DNA of 63,375 nucleotides, counting the filler, from Craspedostauros australis (Eukaryota), in assembly GCA_030167865.1 (NCBI GenBank). It is 5 parts of 5 records of this genome, joined end to end, with 100 filler letters (N's around TTAATTAATTAA, not from the genome) between each part and the next. Parts side by side here need not be neighbours in the genome. Positions count along the whole stretch, not along the records: positions 1 to 29,992 come from JALAGF010005837.1; 4 more parts are not named here. One strand, 5' to 3'. The translations under genes were made by a program, and so were the position numbers. The notes beneath the pieces are model-generated. The model had not been told where the DNA came from. It searched no databases and worked only from the letters and a program-made list of their open reading frames with translations. Of the stretch, positions 1-10,432 are shown in pieces; position 1 is the first letter of the stretch, and each line of letters begins with the position of its first letter.

Positions 1-1
1 C

Positions 2-3000
2 CCTCTCCTGCAACAACTTCGAACCAACATCAAGTCCAGCCTCCTCACGTCCCAACAAAGAAGCCTACTCCTCACCTTCGTGCCGGCATTGTCCATCCTC
101 TTCAGCGATGGTGACAGTGACAACGCTTCCCCAACCTCGCAACAAGCCAATTTCAGCCCCGGTGCACAATCCAAGGCGCCGCAGGTTTCATCCACGAATA
201 CATCATGGAATCGATTCCAATACACTTTCACACAGTTCTTGGGCGCTGTGTCATCGAAGAATTGTCCTGTCGTGATGGTGCTGGATGACTTGCAATGGGC
301 ATCCCAAGAGTGCATGGAGCTGATGTCGTCAATTGTACATCGCTCGCACTTTTTGTGGATCGGGACCATCCGGCAGGAAGTCAATCCTCATTCACCTGAT
401 GAGGTCCTGGAATTAGGAGGCAATGTGCCTTTTCGCATTCTCTTGGCGGACATTCAACAATCCAACAACAATCACATCAACAACACCAACAGCAGCAATG
501 GCAAGCAAACAACAGGAATACCTCCATACACCGACATCCACCTCAACAACTTCACCAAACAGCAGCTGCGTGATTGGGTGTCAGAGCTGTTTCAAGGAGA
601 TGATGATACTGTCGACGAAACAGCCGATCTACTTCACAAGCAAACCGAGGGCAACATCTTCCACACAGTCCAGCTTCTAGAAGACATGGAACGAAACAAG
701 GTCCTGGTGTACAGCCGTATCACCTTCCAGTGGGAGATGAATACTGCCGCTGGTGCCTCTTCCAACGCCCACATTGGAACCTACGGTGGTACTTTTGCAA
801 CAGATCCAAGAAGCTACGGTAGATCAAGCAACATCATCCAGCTCATCTCCTCGAAGCTGCGATCTTTGCCCACTCCGTTGCAAAAGGCACTTGTCTTGGC
901 ATCGTACATCCGATCCTCGTTCGAGTTGGAGCTGTTGCAAGTCGTGTGGGACTATGAACAGCGACACAATCCCACCAATGACGACATCCTCGGTGAGAAC
1001 AGCAACATGGACAATGTCGACCCAAGCAAGCCGCTTGTGGAATGGTTAGAGCAGGCTGTCCTCGAAGGACTGCTCGCCAACTCCATCGGAGGCACAAGCT
1101 ACCGTTTCACCCACGATCGCATCCAACAGGCTTCGCGTGAGCTGGTCCCATTTGGGGAGGTGCAAACGATGCTTCGGCTGCGCCTCGGCGAATGCCTGTG
1201 GGCTGTGTGCACAGGCAACACAAGCGGGCATTCGACGAACAAGGCAGCCGGTGACAAGGCAGTCAGCGACAAGGCAGTCAACGATGACAGCGGCCTGCTT
1301 TTCATCGCGGCCGACCATCTCAATTGCACCCCGAGCAAGGATCATCTATTATCGACACGGCGAAACCTCGTGGTCGGTGAGCACGCTCTGCACATGTCGG
1401 CAATGGCACCCGCCGCGATGTACCTCCAACTGGCGAACACATCGCTTCACAAGGTGCGAGGTGATCCATGGCAGGACCACTACAATCTGACCTTGCGGCT
1501 GCTCCGTGCTCGATGTGACGTTGAGCTCTCACTGAATCACTTTGATTTAGGCTACTCCTTGAGCGATGAGCTGCTGGAGCATGCACGGTCGCTGGATGAC
1601 AAGCTCCCGACATACGCAGCAGTGGCGAATGCTCTCGGGAAACAGAACGAGTACCGCAAGAGCTTGGAGCTGAATCAACGCTGCGCGTCACAGTGCGGGG
1701 CATATCCCAAGCGCAGGTACGCCTTCCATGCTGCCCGTGGGTTGATTTCCGCTCGATCCTACTTTCGACGAACAAGTAATGAGCAGTTCTTCCAGCAAAA
1801 TGCTGTGACCACAGACCCACGGGTGGCGCTGTCTATGTTGTTCTTGCGACAAGCCATCATTCGAGGATTCGGATGCAATGATGTGATTGCATGGATTCTT
1901 GCAACGGTGAAGATGGTCCATATCACAAGACAGCACGGCATTTGCGAAGAGACTTCCACTGCTCTCACCTGCTTTGCTTTGATTCATCAGGTTCTCGGTG
2001 ACTCAAAAAATGCGCGAAGGTTCATAGGACTTGCGAAGGAAACTCTTCAAAAGATGGGAAGTGATCAGCAGAGGGAAGGGTGGATACACTATGTCGCCAC
2101 AGCGTATGTCGACGCATACTTCAAACCACCTCACGAAGTAGCACAGGCGTATCAGCTCGCCTATGACTCTGCCATGATAGTAGGAGACTTCGAGCTTGGC
2201 TTCTTGGCGTGGCACGATTTTTTGGTGCATGCATTCTTTGTGGGGTATCCATTTGACGCACTGGTTGCAGCGTCGGACTCCCTGTTGGGACGAATGAAAG
2301 TCTTTAAGATTGCTGCACACAAAGCAATGATCATGGAAGTCAGCAAGCCATACAGATACTTGAGCGGCGCGCTTGCTCTGGATTGGGAGGAGCTGATGGA
2401 TCTGGACAAATGCGATGGCTTAGAACCATACACGCACAGTGGCAGGTGTTGGGCGAGACTTTACGTTACGGTGTACTTCGGTAAGTACGAATACGCAGAA
2501 AAAGCGCACACCTCGTTGAAGAAGCACAGCACGGATGACCCCAGCTACTCCTTCACAACATCAATAGCAACGCTTGGCGGCCTCATGGCATCGAACCGAT
2601 ACAGGCAAACCAAAAAGAGAAAGTTCCTCAGGATGCTCGCACAACACAAGCGAGATCTAAAGCACATCTGCGAAACCAAAGGCAACAATGGATACCATCG
2701 GTACTTGATTCTTCGGGCAGAGACGAAATCAATCAAGGTGGGAACAGCAGATCATGATGCTGTTGCATCGTACTACGATGAGGCCATCGCCCGAGCCAAC
2801 GCCGGGAATCATCTTCATGAGGCAGGGTATGCCTGTGAACTTGCAGGCAACCACTTTCTGAGAATAGGCAGCGACTCTCGAGAGAACCACCACGCGCGTA
2901 CGGTTATTCGTCAATACTTCACGAAGGCTTTGGGCTTCTACGAGTCCTGTTGCGCGACAGCCAAGTGCACAGATGTCCGTGCAAGGCATGCAGCATTGAT

Positions 3001-3313
3001 CGATGAGAACGAGGTGCTCAAAGCCAAGCAAAAGAGAAGCGCTGTCAGCCAAGCGAGGACCATCTCATTCGGGGATCACTCTGGACAGCACTCGAGTGCA
3101 AGTGGCGACCTTGCATCGGTGAGTACTCCGATGAGTCGGAATACGATGTCTCATACTCTCTCGCACATGGTGTCAGGAGCAGCTACCAACAAGTCCTTGG
3201 CTGCGAGAGAATCGATGATGGGCGAACATGGAAGCGGCGACAGAAGTAGAGCTGAGGGCGCAGACTCAAGTATCGATGACGACAACTTGTCGATCTTGAC
3301 TGATATGAGTTAG
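2..3313 (+). CDS. STAND-class (AAA_16/COG3899-like) P-loop ATPase with helical/TPR-like C-terminal region; 5' end lies outside the window
   Basis: Frame is open from base 2 (PLLQQLRTNIKSSLLTSQQRSLLLTFVPALS matches the paralog's LLVQQLRSNIKSSLLTSEQKGLLLTFVPALS). Walker B VMVLDDLQW, T-GN-F and Y-F-HDRIQQA motifs, and C-terminal YYDEAI...HEAGYACELAG typical of COG3899 ATPases. Confidence 0.85.
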   Translation, partial: PLLQQLRTNIKSSLLTSQQRSLLLTFVPALSILFSDGDSDNASPTSQQANFSPGAQSKAPQVSSTNTSWNRFQYTFTQFLGAVSSKNCPVVMVLDDLQWASQECMELMSSIVHRSHFLWIGTIRQEVNPHSPDEVLELGGNVPFRILLADIQQSNNNHINNTNSSNGKQTTGIPPYTDIHLNNFTKQQLRDWVSELFQGDDDTVDETADLLHKQTEGNIFHTVQLLEDMERNKVLVYSRITFQWEMNTAAGASSNAHIGTYGGTFATDPRSYGRSSNIIQLISSKLRSLPTPLQKALVLASYIRSSFELELLQVVWDYEQRHNPTNDDILGENSNMDNVDPSKPLVEWLEQAVLEGLLANSIGGTSYRFTHDRIQQASRELVPFGEVQTMLRLRLGECLWAVCTGNTSGHSTNKAAGDKAVSDKAVNDDSGLLFIAADHLNCTPSKDHLLSTRRNLVVGEHALHMSAMAPAAMYLQLANTSLHKVRGDPWQDHYNLTLRLLRARCDVELSLNHFDLGYSLSDELLEHARSLDDKLPTYAAVANALGKQNEYRKSLELNQRCASQCGAYPKRRYAFHAARGLISARSYFRRTSNEQFFQQNAVTTDPRVALSMLFLRQAIIRGFGCNDVIAWILATVKMVHITRQHGICEETSTALTCFALIHQVLGDSKNARRFIGLAKETLQKMGSDQQREGWIHYVATAYVDAYFKPPHEVAQAYQLAYDSAMIVGDFELGFLAWHDFLVHAFFVGYPFDALVAASDSLLGRMKVFKIAAHKAMIMEVSKPYRYLSGALALDWEELMDLDKCDGLEPYTHSGRCWARLYVTVYFGKYEYAEKAHTSLKKHSTDDPSYSFTTSIATLGGLMASNRYRQTKKRKFLRMLAQHKRDLKHICETKGNNGYHRYLILRAETKSIKVGTADHDAVASYYDEAIARANAGNHLHEAGYACELAGNHFLRIGSDSRENHHARTVIRQYFTKALGFYESCCATAKCTDVRARHAALIDENEVLKAKQKRSAVSQARTISFGDHSGQHSSASGDLASVSTPMSRNTMSHTLSHMVSGAATNKSLAARESMMGEHGSGDRSRAEGADSSIDDDNLSILTDMS

Positions 3314-3744
3314 GACAGTAGTTACGTATGCAACAGTGGCGAGGATGGAGTGACGCCAACTTGATTTAGCTTTGTAGCATTATGAGGCGAGAACGTCGAT
3401 AGCGTGACAAGTCTCCAGTGCCGTCCAAGACTCCTCGGGTTTTGTCTCGAGGTTCGCCATTTTCCCTCACTTCTTTGACATTTCGCACAAATTTAGCGTT
3501 TTCGGCGCATTGGAACTGAAAATGCCAATTTGGAGGACTCTGTTGAGATCTCGTGGGGTTGCCTTCGTTCCATGCCGATCTTCGGACTACGAGGGGCTCT
3601 TCATGAATCTCGTACACTTCGCTTCAAGTCCGACTTGGCCTTATCCCACCAATGGCCACTTCATCATCGTGATGCCATCATACCTTCATATACCATTGCT
3701 CTGAGATTCCGCTATCCGGCGGTACGTCGTATCTACATGTACCC

Positions 3745-6700
3745 TTATGACATATCAGTCAAGACAGACAGATCGTCATCTGGTCCCTCTGTCGAGTTGT
3801 TGCGACTGTCGGCGCTGCTCCTATCTCCCAAAGGAGACTTGCCCGAGCTTTCAATCGAAACCATGCTGGCAACGGTGTGGGCCAATGTGTTGACCGGAGT
3901 GCTCGCGGACATCAAATCGTAACTCACACTTGATTGATAACCAGGTTGTTGCGATCGCATTTGATCACCAAATGTGATATTCTTGGCTTGGGCCACGATG
4001 CCGCTCTTCCTCTTGGTGGCGCGTACTAGTTCCTGGTTGATGAATTCTCCGCGGAGTTGAAGCAGTATTTTCGTTTTAGCAATTGAGCCCCAGGCCTCGT
4101 AAAATCCCATTGCCTTCGTGAAGTAGTTGTTGATCAGGCGATGGCGCTGCTCCTGCCTGATGCCATCGACTGCCAAGAAGTGCTCGCCAGCCAGCTCGCA
4201 TGCGAAACCTGCTTCATGTAAGCGATGTCCCTCTTCAGCTCTTGCGATGGCAGTGTTGTAGTACGACTCAGCCACGGCAAAGCATGCCCCACCAACCTTG
4301 ATGGCCTTCATTTCTGCACGCAGAATGAGATATCGATGGAGTGCGTTGTCTCCTCTTGTGTTGCAGATTCGTTTGAGCTGCTGTTTCTGCTGCCGTAGCG
4401 TCACGAGGTATCTTCGCTTCTTGCTTTGTCGGTATCGGTTCGATGCCATCAGACCGACCATGGTCACCAAGAAAGTGAGATGATTGTAGCCTTGGTCTTC
4501 GAATCCATCTTTGACTATGGTTTGATACAACACCTCTGCGTACTCGAATTTTCTGAAGTACACGGCTATGTGCAAGCGAACCCAATAGGCTGCATTTCGG
4601 TGGTACGGATCTTTCGTTTTGTACTTGTCGATGTCCATGATGCGATCCCATTCCAGTTCTCTTGTTCCTCGCATGTAGCAATACGCACTAGTGTGCTCAG
4701 AAATCATGTGCGTATGGGCATCAATCTTGAAGGCCTTGATTTGTTGGAAAAGGTCGTTCGTGGCGTGTATCAGGGCTGGAAGTGGATATCCTTCGAGGTA
4801 TGCGTGCAGCAAGCTTGCATTCCATGCCAGAAAGCCAACTTCGAAGTCTCCGACTGACATGGCGGCGGTGTAGGCATGCTGATAGTCATGTGCTATCTGG
4901 GCTGGCGACTTGAAGTAGGACTCAATATACATTGCGCCGCTGAAGTAGATCCATCCCTCCAGCCTTTTGTAGCTCTCGACTGCATGGAGAATCTTCTTTG
5001 CAAGTGTCGCATATCTGCGGGCGCCTGCCGCATCGCCGAGGACCACATGAAGCATCCCGAATGCGTTCATTGCGGACGCAGAGTCTTCACAGATTCCATC
5101 TCGTCTGGTGATGCGTACCATCAGCAATATCGCCAATACTCCCGACAAAGGATCCTGGCACAAAGATCCACGAATGATCACTTGTCGTAAGAAGTTCATC
5201 GATAGAAGCGTCCGGTGACCGTCTGTCACGGGGTTTCTGTGGAAGAATTTCTCGTCGTCGGTCTTTCGAAAGTATGCTCGCGCAGCAACTAATTCTCGTA
5301 CGATGCGGAAGGCGTATCCACGCTTGGGATATTCACCGCACAACTGGGCCCCACGTTGGCTCAGCTGCAAGCTGCTCTGATGCTTGTCTTCCTTTGCCAA
5401 CGCGTTCGCCATCACCGCGTAGGTCGGGAGCTTGTCGTCCAGTGATCGTGCGTGCTCCAGCAGGTCGTCTCCCACGGAGTAACCTAGATCAAAATGATTC
5501 AGCGAGAGCTCAATGTCGCACCGGGCGCGGAGTAGCCGCAGCGTCAGATCGTAGTGGTCCTGCCATGGATCACCCCGCAGCTTCCGAAGCGATGTGTTCG
5601 CCAACTGGAGGTACGTCGCGGCGGGAACTAGCGCCGACAAATGTAGAGCATGCTCACCGACCATGAGGTTTCGTTGTGTCGATAATAGATGATCCTTGCT
5701 CGGGGTGCAATTGAGATGGTCGGCCGCGATGAAGATCAGGCCGCTGTCATCACTGACTACGTTTCCATCGGATGACTCGTTCGCCAAGCCACCGTCGCTC
5801 TCTCTTGCATCGTCCAGCGTGCCCTTGGATGAATCATAGTCTGTGCATACATTCCATAGGCATTGCCCAATGCGCAGCCGAAGCATCGTGCGCACCTCCC
5901 CGAATGGAACCAGATCATGAGCTGCCTGCTGGATGCGATCGTGGCTGAAACGGTAACTTGTGCCTCCGATGGAGTTGGCGAGCAGACCTTCGAGGACGGC
6001 CTGCTCCAGCCATTCTACAAGTGGCGTGCTTGGATCGTTGTTGTGACCGGTGCTGTCGTTGTTGTTGCAGTCGCTACTAGAGATTGCACTTCCACCGAGG
6101 ATATCATCGTTCGTGGGATTGTGTTGCAGTTCATAGTCCCACACAACCTGCAACAGCTCCAACTCAAATGAGGATCGTATGTACGATGCCAGCACAAGTG
6201 CCTTTTGCAACTGGGTGGGCAAGCACCGCAGCTTCGAGGAGATGAGTTGGATGATGTGGCTGGATCCGCCAAGGCCACTGAGCTCCGTTGTAGAGGTGCC
6301 GCTGTTGATGCCACCTTGGACATAGGAAGAGGCACTAGCGGACGCACAAGCGGCGGTGTTCATCTCCCACTGGAAGGTGATACGGCTGTACACCAACACC
6401 TGACTTCGCTCCATGTCTTCCAGAAGCTGAACTGCGTGGAAGATGTTCCCATCCGTTTGTCTGAAAAGCAGATTGCTCGCCTCATCCACAACGTCGTCGT
6501 CTTGTTGGAAAAGTTCTGATACCCAGTCACGCAGCTGTTGCTGAGTGAAGTTGTTGAGATGGATGTCGGTGTATGGAGGTATGACTGTTGTTTGCTTGCC
6601 ATTGCTGCTGTTGGTGTTGTTGCCAGTGTTGCTAGCGGGGTTGTTCAGGTTGATATCCGCCAAGAGCATGCGGAACGGCACGTCGACTCCCAATTCCACC

Positions 6701-8088
6701 ACCTCATCCGGCGAATGAGGATTGACTTCTTGTCGGATGGTCCCGATCCATAGAAAGTGGGAGCGATGCATGGCTGTTGACATCAGCTCCATGCACTCTT
6801 GGGATGCCCATTGCAAGTCATCCAGCACCATCACGACCGGGCAATCCTTCGATGACACGGCACTCAAGAACTGCGCAAAGGTGTATTGAAATCGATTCCA
6901 CGATGTGTCTGTGGATGAGACCTTGGGTGCATTGGATTCTGCATTGGGGGTAGAGTTGATCTGATGCAAGCTTGAGGAGGCGAGGGACGTGTTGCCACTG
7001 TCGCCATCATCAAAAAGGATGGACAATGCCGGTACAAAGGTGAGGAGGAGACCTTTTTGCTCCGATGTGAGTAGGCTGGACTTAATGTTGGATCGCAGCT
7101 GCTGGACGAGAAGATTAGGTGCGATGCTCTGTGTCTCCTGCTGACTTGTCGTATCTTCGGTGATCTTGGCACCGACGTGGTCGAGACCACTTGGTTCCAC
7201 CGATGACAATGTCAATGGTGGCGACGACGGCATTGAATGCTTCGCTGTTGATGCTGCAGGCTTTCTGTGAGAAGCCAGTTGTTTGCACCAGTTCGAGATC
7301 GCCTGGGTGATGGCAGAGAAAGGATCACCCTGTTGATGCTCTTCGAACTTCCCCTTCAGGATGTGCACATCGCGGTGCGCGATGGCCTTTCTGCTCGTTT
7401 TCTTCCTATTCCTCTTCCTGTTCTCCTTTTGCAAATCGTCGCGCAATTGATTGCAAAAGGTATCCACCAGCTTGGACTTTCCTGTCCCGCTGATGCCCCA
7501 GACGAACGCTGCCGGCAGCAAGACTTCCCCGACAAATGGAGATGTTGGTGTTGGTGTGGATGCAGGCGCCGCCGACCCAACAGATGTCGTCGGTTGCGAT
7601 GCGGTCTTGTTTGGTCTGCCCCTTCTGCTCGCTTCGCCAGCTGCTACCATTTGGTCAAAAGCGGTACGCAGCAGCTTGAGCTCTTCGTCACGACCGAATA
7701 CTTCGGTTCCACCGCCGTTGAAGAGCGTGTGCGGGACATCGGTCTCGAGCTCGACTTCGTTGTATCCATCATCGTAGAAGTCATTGCCAGAGGTGAGGAC
7801 GGTTTCATGAAGCACCGATGAGGAGATCTTGGGGGGTGCGACGATGTTCTTGTTGCTGAGGTCATTCGGGTTATCCAACGGGCTCCTCTTGCTACCTTTT
7901 GTCGTGGCATTCGAGGCCCTGGTGGCGGATTCTTCAGGTGATGTTGTTGTTGTTTCTTCCGTCACTGGCGGCAAAGCTGTTGTTTGTCTGAGCGATCCGG
8001 CGAGCGAAGGCTGTGTGGTTGCATACTTCTTCCTGTCTACCGCTTCGGCCCTGTTGGTGTTCATACGAGTGTTGGGATAGGGCGCCAT
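3745..8088 (-). CDS. STAND-class (AAA_16/COG3899-like) P-loop ATPase, about 1447 aa, paralog of the upstream gene
   Basis: First ATG at 8088. VFGRDEEL pre-P-loop motif, Walker A GISGTGKS, GKFEE motif, Walker B VMVLDDLQW, TDGNIF, YRFSHDRIQQAA, HEAGFACELAG and YEAWG. No kinase or His-kinase domain recognisable. Confidence 0.88.
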   Translation of the reverse strand: MAPYPNTRMNTNRAEAVDRKKYATTQPSLAGSLRQTTALPPVTEETTTTSPEESATRASNATTKGSKRSPLDNPNDLSNKNIVAPPKISSSVLHETVLTSGNDFYDDGYNEVELETDVPHTLFNGGGTEVFGRDEELKLLRTAFDQMVAAGEASRRGRPNKTASQPTTSVGSAAPASTPTPTSPFVGEVLLPAAFVWGISGTGKSKLVDTFCNQLRDDLQKENRKRNRKKTSRKAIAHRDVHILKGKFEEHQQGDPFSAITQAISNWCKQLASHRKPAASTAKHSMPSSPPLTLSSVEPSGLDHVGAKITEDTTSQQETQSIAPNLLVQQLRSNIKSSLLTSEQKGLLLTFVPALSILFDDGDSGNTSLASSSLHQINSTPNAESNAPKVSSTDTSWNRFQYTFAQFLSAVSSKDCPVVMVLDDLQWASQECMELMSTAMHRSHFLWIGTIRQEVNPHSPDEVVELGVDVPFRMLLADINLNNPASNTGNNTNSSNGKQTTVIPPYTDIHLNNFTQQQLRDWVSELFQQDDDVVDEASNLLFRQTDGNIFHAVQLLEDMERSQVLVYSRITFQWEMNTAACASASASSYVQGGINSGTSTTELSGLGGSSHIIQLISSKLRCLPTQLQKALVLASYIRSSFELELLQVVWDYELQHNPTNDDILGGSAISSSDCNNNDSTGHNNDPSTPLVEWLEQAVLEGLLANSIGGTSYRFSHDRIQQAAHDLVPFGEVRTMLRLRIGQCLWNVCTDYDSSKGTLDDARESDGGLANESSDGNVVSDDSGLIFIAADHLNCTPSKDHLLSTQRNLMVGEHALHLSALVPAATYLQLANTSLRKLRGDPWQDHYDLTLRLLRARCDIELSLNHFDLGYSVGDDLLEHARSLDDKLPTYAVMANALAKEDKHQSSLQLSQRGAQLCGEYPKRGYAFRIVRELVAARAYFRKTDDEKFFHRNPVTDGHRTLLSMNFLRQVIIRGSLCQDPLSGVLAILLMVRITRRDGICEDSASAMNAFGMLHVVLGDAAGARRYATLAKKILHAVESYKRLEGWIYFSGAMYIESYFKSPAQIAHDYQHAYTAAMSVGDFEVGFLAWNASLLHAYLEGYPLPALIHATNDLFQQIKAFKIDAHTHMISEHTSAYCYMRGTRELEWDRIMDIDKYKTKDPYHRNAAYWVRLHIAVYFRKFEYAEVLYQTIVKDGFEDQGYNHLTFLVTMVGLMASNRYRQSKKRRYLVTLRQQKQQLKRICNTRGDNALHRYLILRAEMKAIKVGGACFAVAESYYNTAIARAEEGHRLHEAGFACELAGEHFLAVDGIRQEQRHRLINNYFTKAMGFYEAWGSIAKTKILLQLRGEFINQELVRATKRKSGIVAQAKNITFGDQMRSQQPGYQSSVSYDLMSASTPVNTLAHTVASMVSIESSGKSPLGDRSSADSRNNSTEGPDDDLSVLTDMS

Positions 8089-9994
8089 GAGCAAGTTGAT
8101 GTTCGTATCTGTTGGGGCTGCAGGTCGTCCCGATGCAGCGCAAAGATGGATGCGGATTGGCTTCGGCAGGGTACTGTTATTGTTGTTGGTCTTGGCCCTT
8201 GGCCCTTAGTCTTGGTGTTGCTGGTGGTGTTGCTGTTGTGACAAGTTTCAACGTTTGATGCAAAGTTATTGACGAAGTGCGATGAAGAACAGTCGTACGG
8301 CAGTCCTATTGGCAGCGGCCCCTGTGCGCCCAAGCGAAGACCTTCGCTCGTGCAGATTGACCAAACAGGTACGATGCTGTAAGCAGAACAGCTCGTACCA
8401 TTCTACGATGCTTTGTTCGCACTCCCACTTGGCAATAACCGGTACTGGAGATGGTTAGAACCGCCAAGGGTCACGCCATTGGAGTCACTAACAGTTGCTT
8501 GTGACTTTGACATTCGAACAGAGCAACGGATCGTGAAGCGTGCCGCTCGTACATGTGCGAAATTCGATCACTATCCACGAAGTAATGAAACAAAGAGAAG
8601 TATGGTGCGCTGCCATAGTAGTACGAGCTACTACTCTATTGTAACTATCGGAGCGGAAGAGAAGCTCAGCCTCATTCTGGGGGCGGAAGGCGCACGTCGT
8701 CAACGGATACCCATGTGGTCGCGACACGGATGCTTTGGCGTTTTTGCATCAAAACATGTGGCTTTTCTCTTCACCAACCCAAGGGTGCAACCAGTTCCCA
8801 CCATGTTTCCGCCGCTTGCTCTGTGCAGCATTGAAGACAGTTCTGGAGGTGCGGAGTCGCCTGAAGGGTCCAAGGGGAACACGGGACGCCTCGAAGGCTT
8901 CCGCTTCCGGAAGGGCTCGCGTTGGCATCCAATCGCCTGGCATCGCAGTGCTCTCAACGAGCCTTGAGATGCGAAAGTGATGAATAAGAGAATGCGACTC
9001 ACACCCAGAGGTGTCGCAGCGACATTTGATCCATCAATCACGTTGGTGAATTGACTCATTCGTGTTTCTACTATCCCATTATACTTCCAAGCCGCATCTC
9101 CCCAAAGGTGAGTTGCACCATCTCTTCAACACGCGCTGCACACATATGATACAAACAGAAACAAGGAAGAGATGATGTGGCGAATTCGATGATGTCGATG
9201 ATGGCTTATCGCCCCTACGAGTGCGTTGCGTTGCGTTGCGGGGTGGAGACTTCACCCTGTTCTGCCATACTTCCGTTTCTTGCACGTACAGTGAAGCTTC
9301 TCATTTTCCGAGGTGTGCAACACGGCATCGTGTTCGTGGCCGTGTTGGTGCTCGTGGAGGGGACATGGCGAGAGCCGACAGTCTGTATCCAGAAGTTCTC
9401 TCTCTCTCTCTCTCTCTCTCTGCGATCATCGATCATGTGTGCGTACGGTTCGGCCATCGCATGCTGGACAAATACATGAACGCAGCGACGGAAAATCGAT
9501 GCAACGCGGCAGACTTGCCCCAACCGACACACTGGTCGGAATGGAAGAGATTGGCTCGAGTGGGGGCGGGTTGGTTCGATTGCATTTCCAAGATGCTTCA
9601 TCGCCGTTTCTCGGGCATTCTCGTGCAGTAGAGCATTGCCATACTGGGCCTTGATTCAAATACGCCCACGTTGCTGTATTGACAGTGGACGCGCACATCC
9701 AGAACACAACTGCAGGTCCTGTTTGGATCAGCGCGCAAATCCTATTCCGGCCTTGCCTCTCATCCCTCTCCGCACAACGCGGAGTGAGACGACGGAGAAC
9801 GGTGTCGGCGACGCAAGTCTGATACGGGCATCGTCCAGTTCCGACCAATGCGATGTGACATGATGTACCGTGGTGGTTCTCGCGCATGCCCGATGGTTTG
9901 GTCCTTGCCGCCGCGCGTGTCGACCCATAGCGAGAGTCGGCCAACACGTCACAAGCCCGTTGATCGCGGTGCGTGTCCACGCCGCTCACTTCGT

Positions 9995-10432
9995 CTAATG
10001 CATGTGCACGCCGTGTAGTATCCTTGGATGGGAAACGTTGACCTTCGCCTGCTGCTGCTTGATGGATGCATGTATCTGCGATTTTATCACCGCATTGGCA
10101 ACGCCCGCCTGGGCACTTCCGCGCAGGTGTGCTTTGTACGATTGGTTGGCTTCATCGCTTTCCTCCGGTGCGCCGTTGGCGGCGGCTGCAGCGGCTTCGT
10201 TGGAGGTTGGTGTTTTGGCCATCTTCCGCTGCATGAGGTACACGATGATGGACGCGTTGATGAGCATCATGATGAAGACCAGAACGGCGATGAGCATGGT
10301 GATCCGCCTCGATCCCGATGTCTGCTTCGTTTTGGCGCCTTTCTGCTTCATCATTGATGTTCCGACCTTCTTGCGTCTGCCATGAGACGAGCCGGGCAGC
10401 AGGACTTCGATTCCTTTCGATTTGCGTGGCAT
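9995..10432 (-). CDS. Putative type II membrane protein (basic N-terminus plus one TM helix); possibly only a first exon
   Basis: ATG start, Lys/Arg-rich N-terminus, hydrophobic stretch ITMLIAVLVFIMMLINASIIVYLM, and a low-complexity CAA/CAT-rich upstream region resembling a 5' UTR. No downstream exon could be resolved. Confidence 0.45.
   Translation of the reverse strand: MPRKSKGIEVLLPGSSHGRRKKVGTSMMKQKGAKTKQTSGSRRITMLIAVLVFIMMLINASIIVYLMQRKMAKTPTSNEAAAAAANGAPEESDEANQSYKAHLRGSAQAGVANAVIKSQIHASIKQQQAKVNVSHPRILHGVHMH

Noticed and set aside
3314..3744. Hairpin dsRNA from read-through of the inverted STAND paralogs
   Set aside because: The adjacent 3' halves are the diverged parts; near-identical segments are over 3.5 kb apart and there is no transcript evidence.
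8413..9990. ORFs between the STAND gene and the membrane-protein ORF, as downstream exons
   Set aside because: Could not build an in-phase GT-AG model; includes a (CT)n microsatellite.
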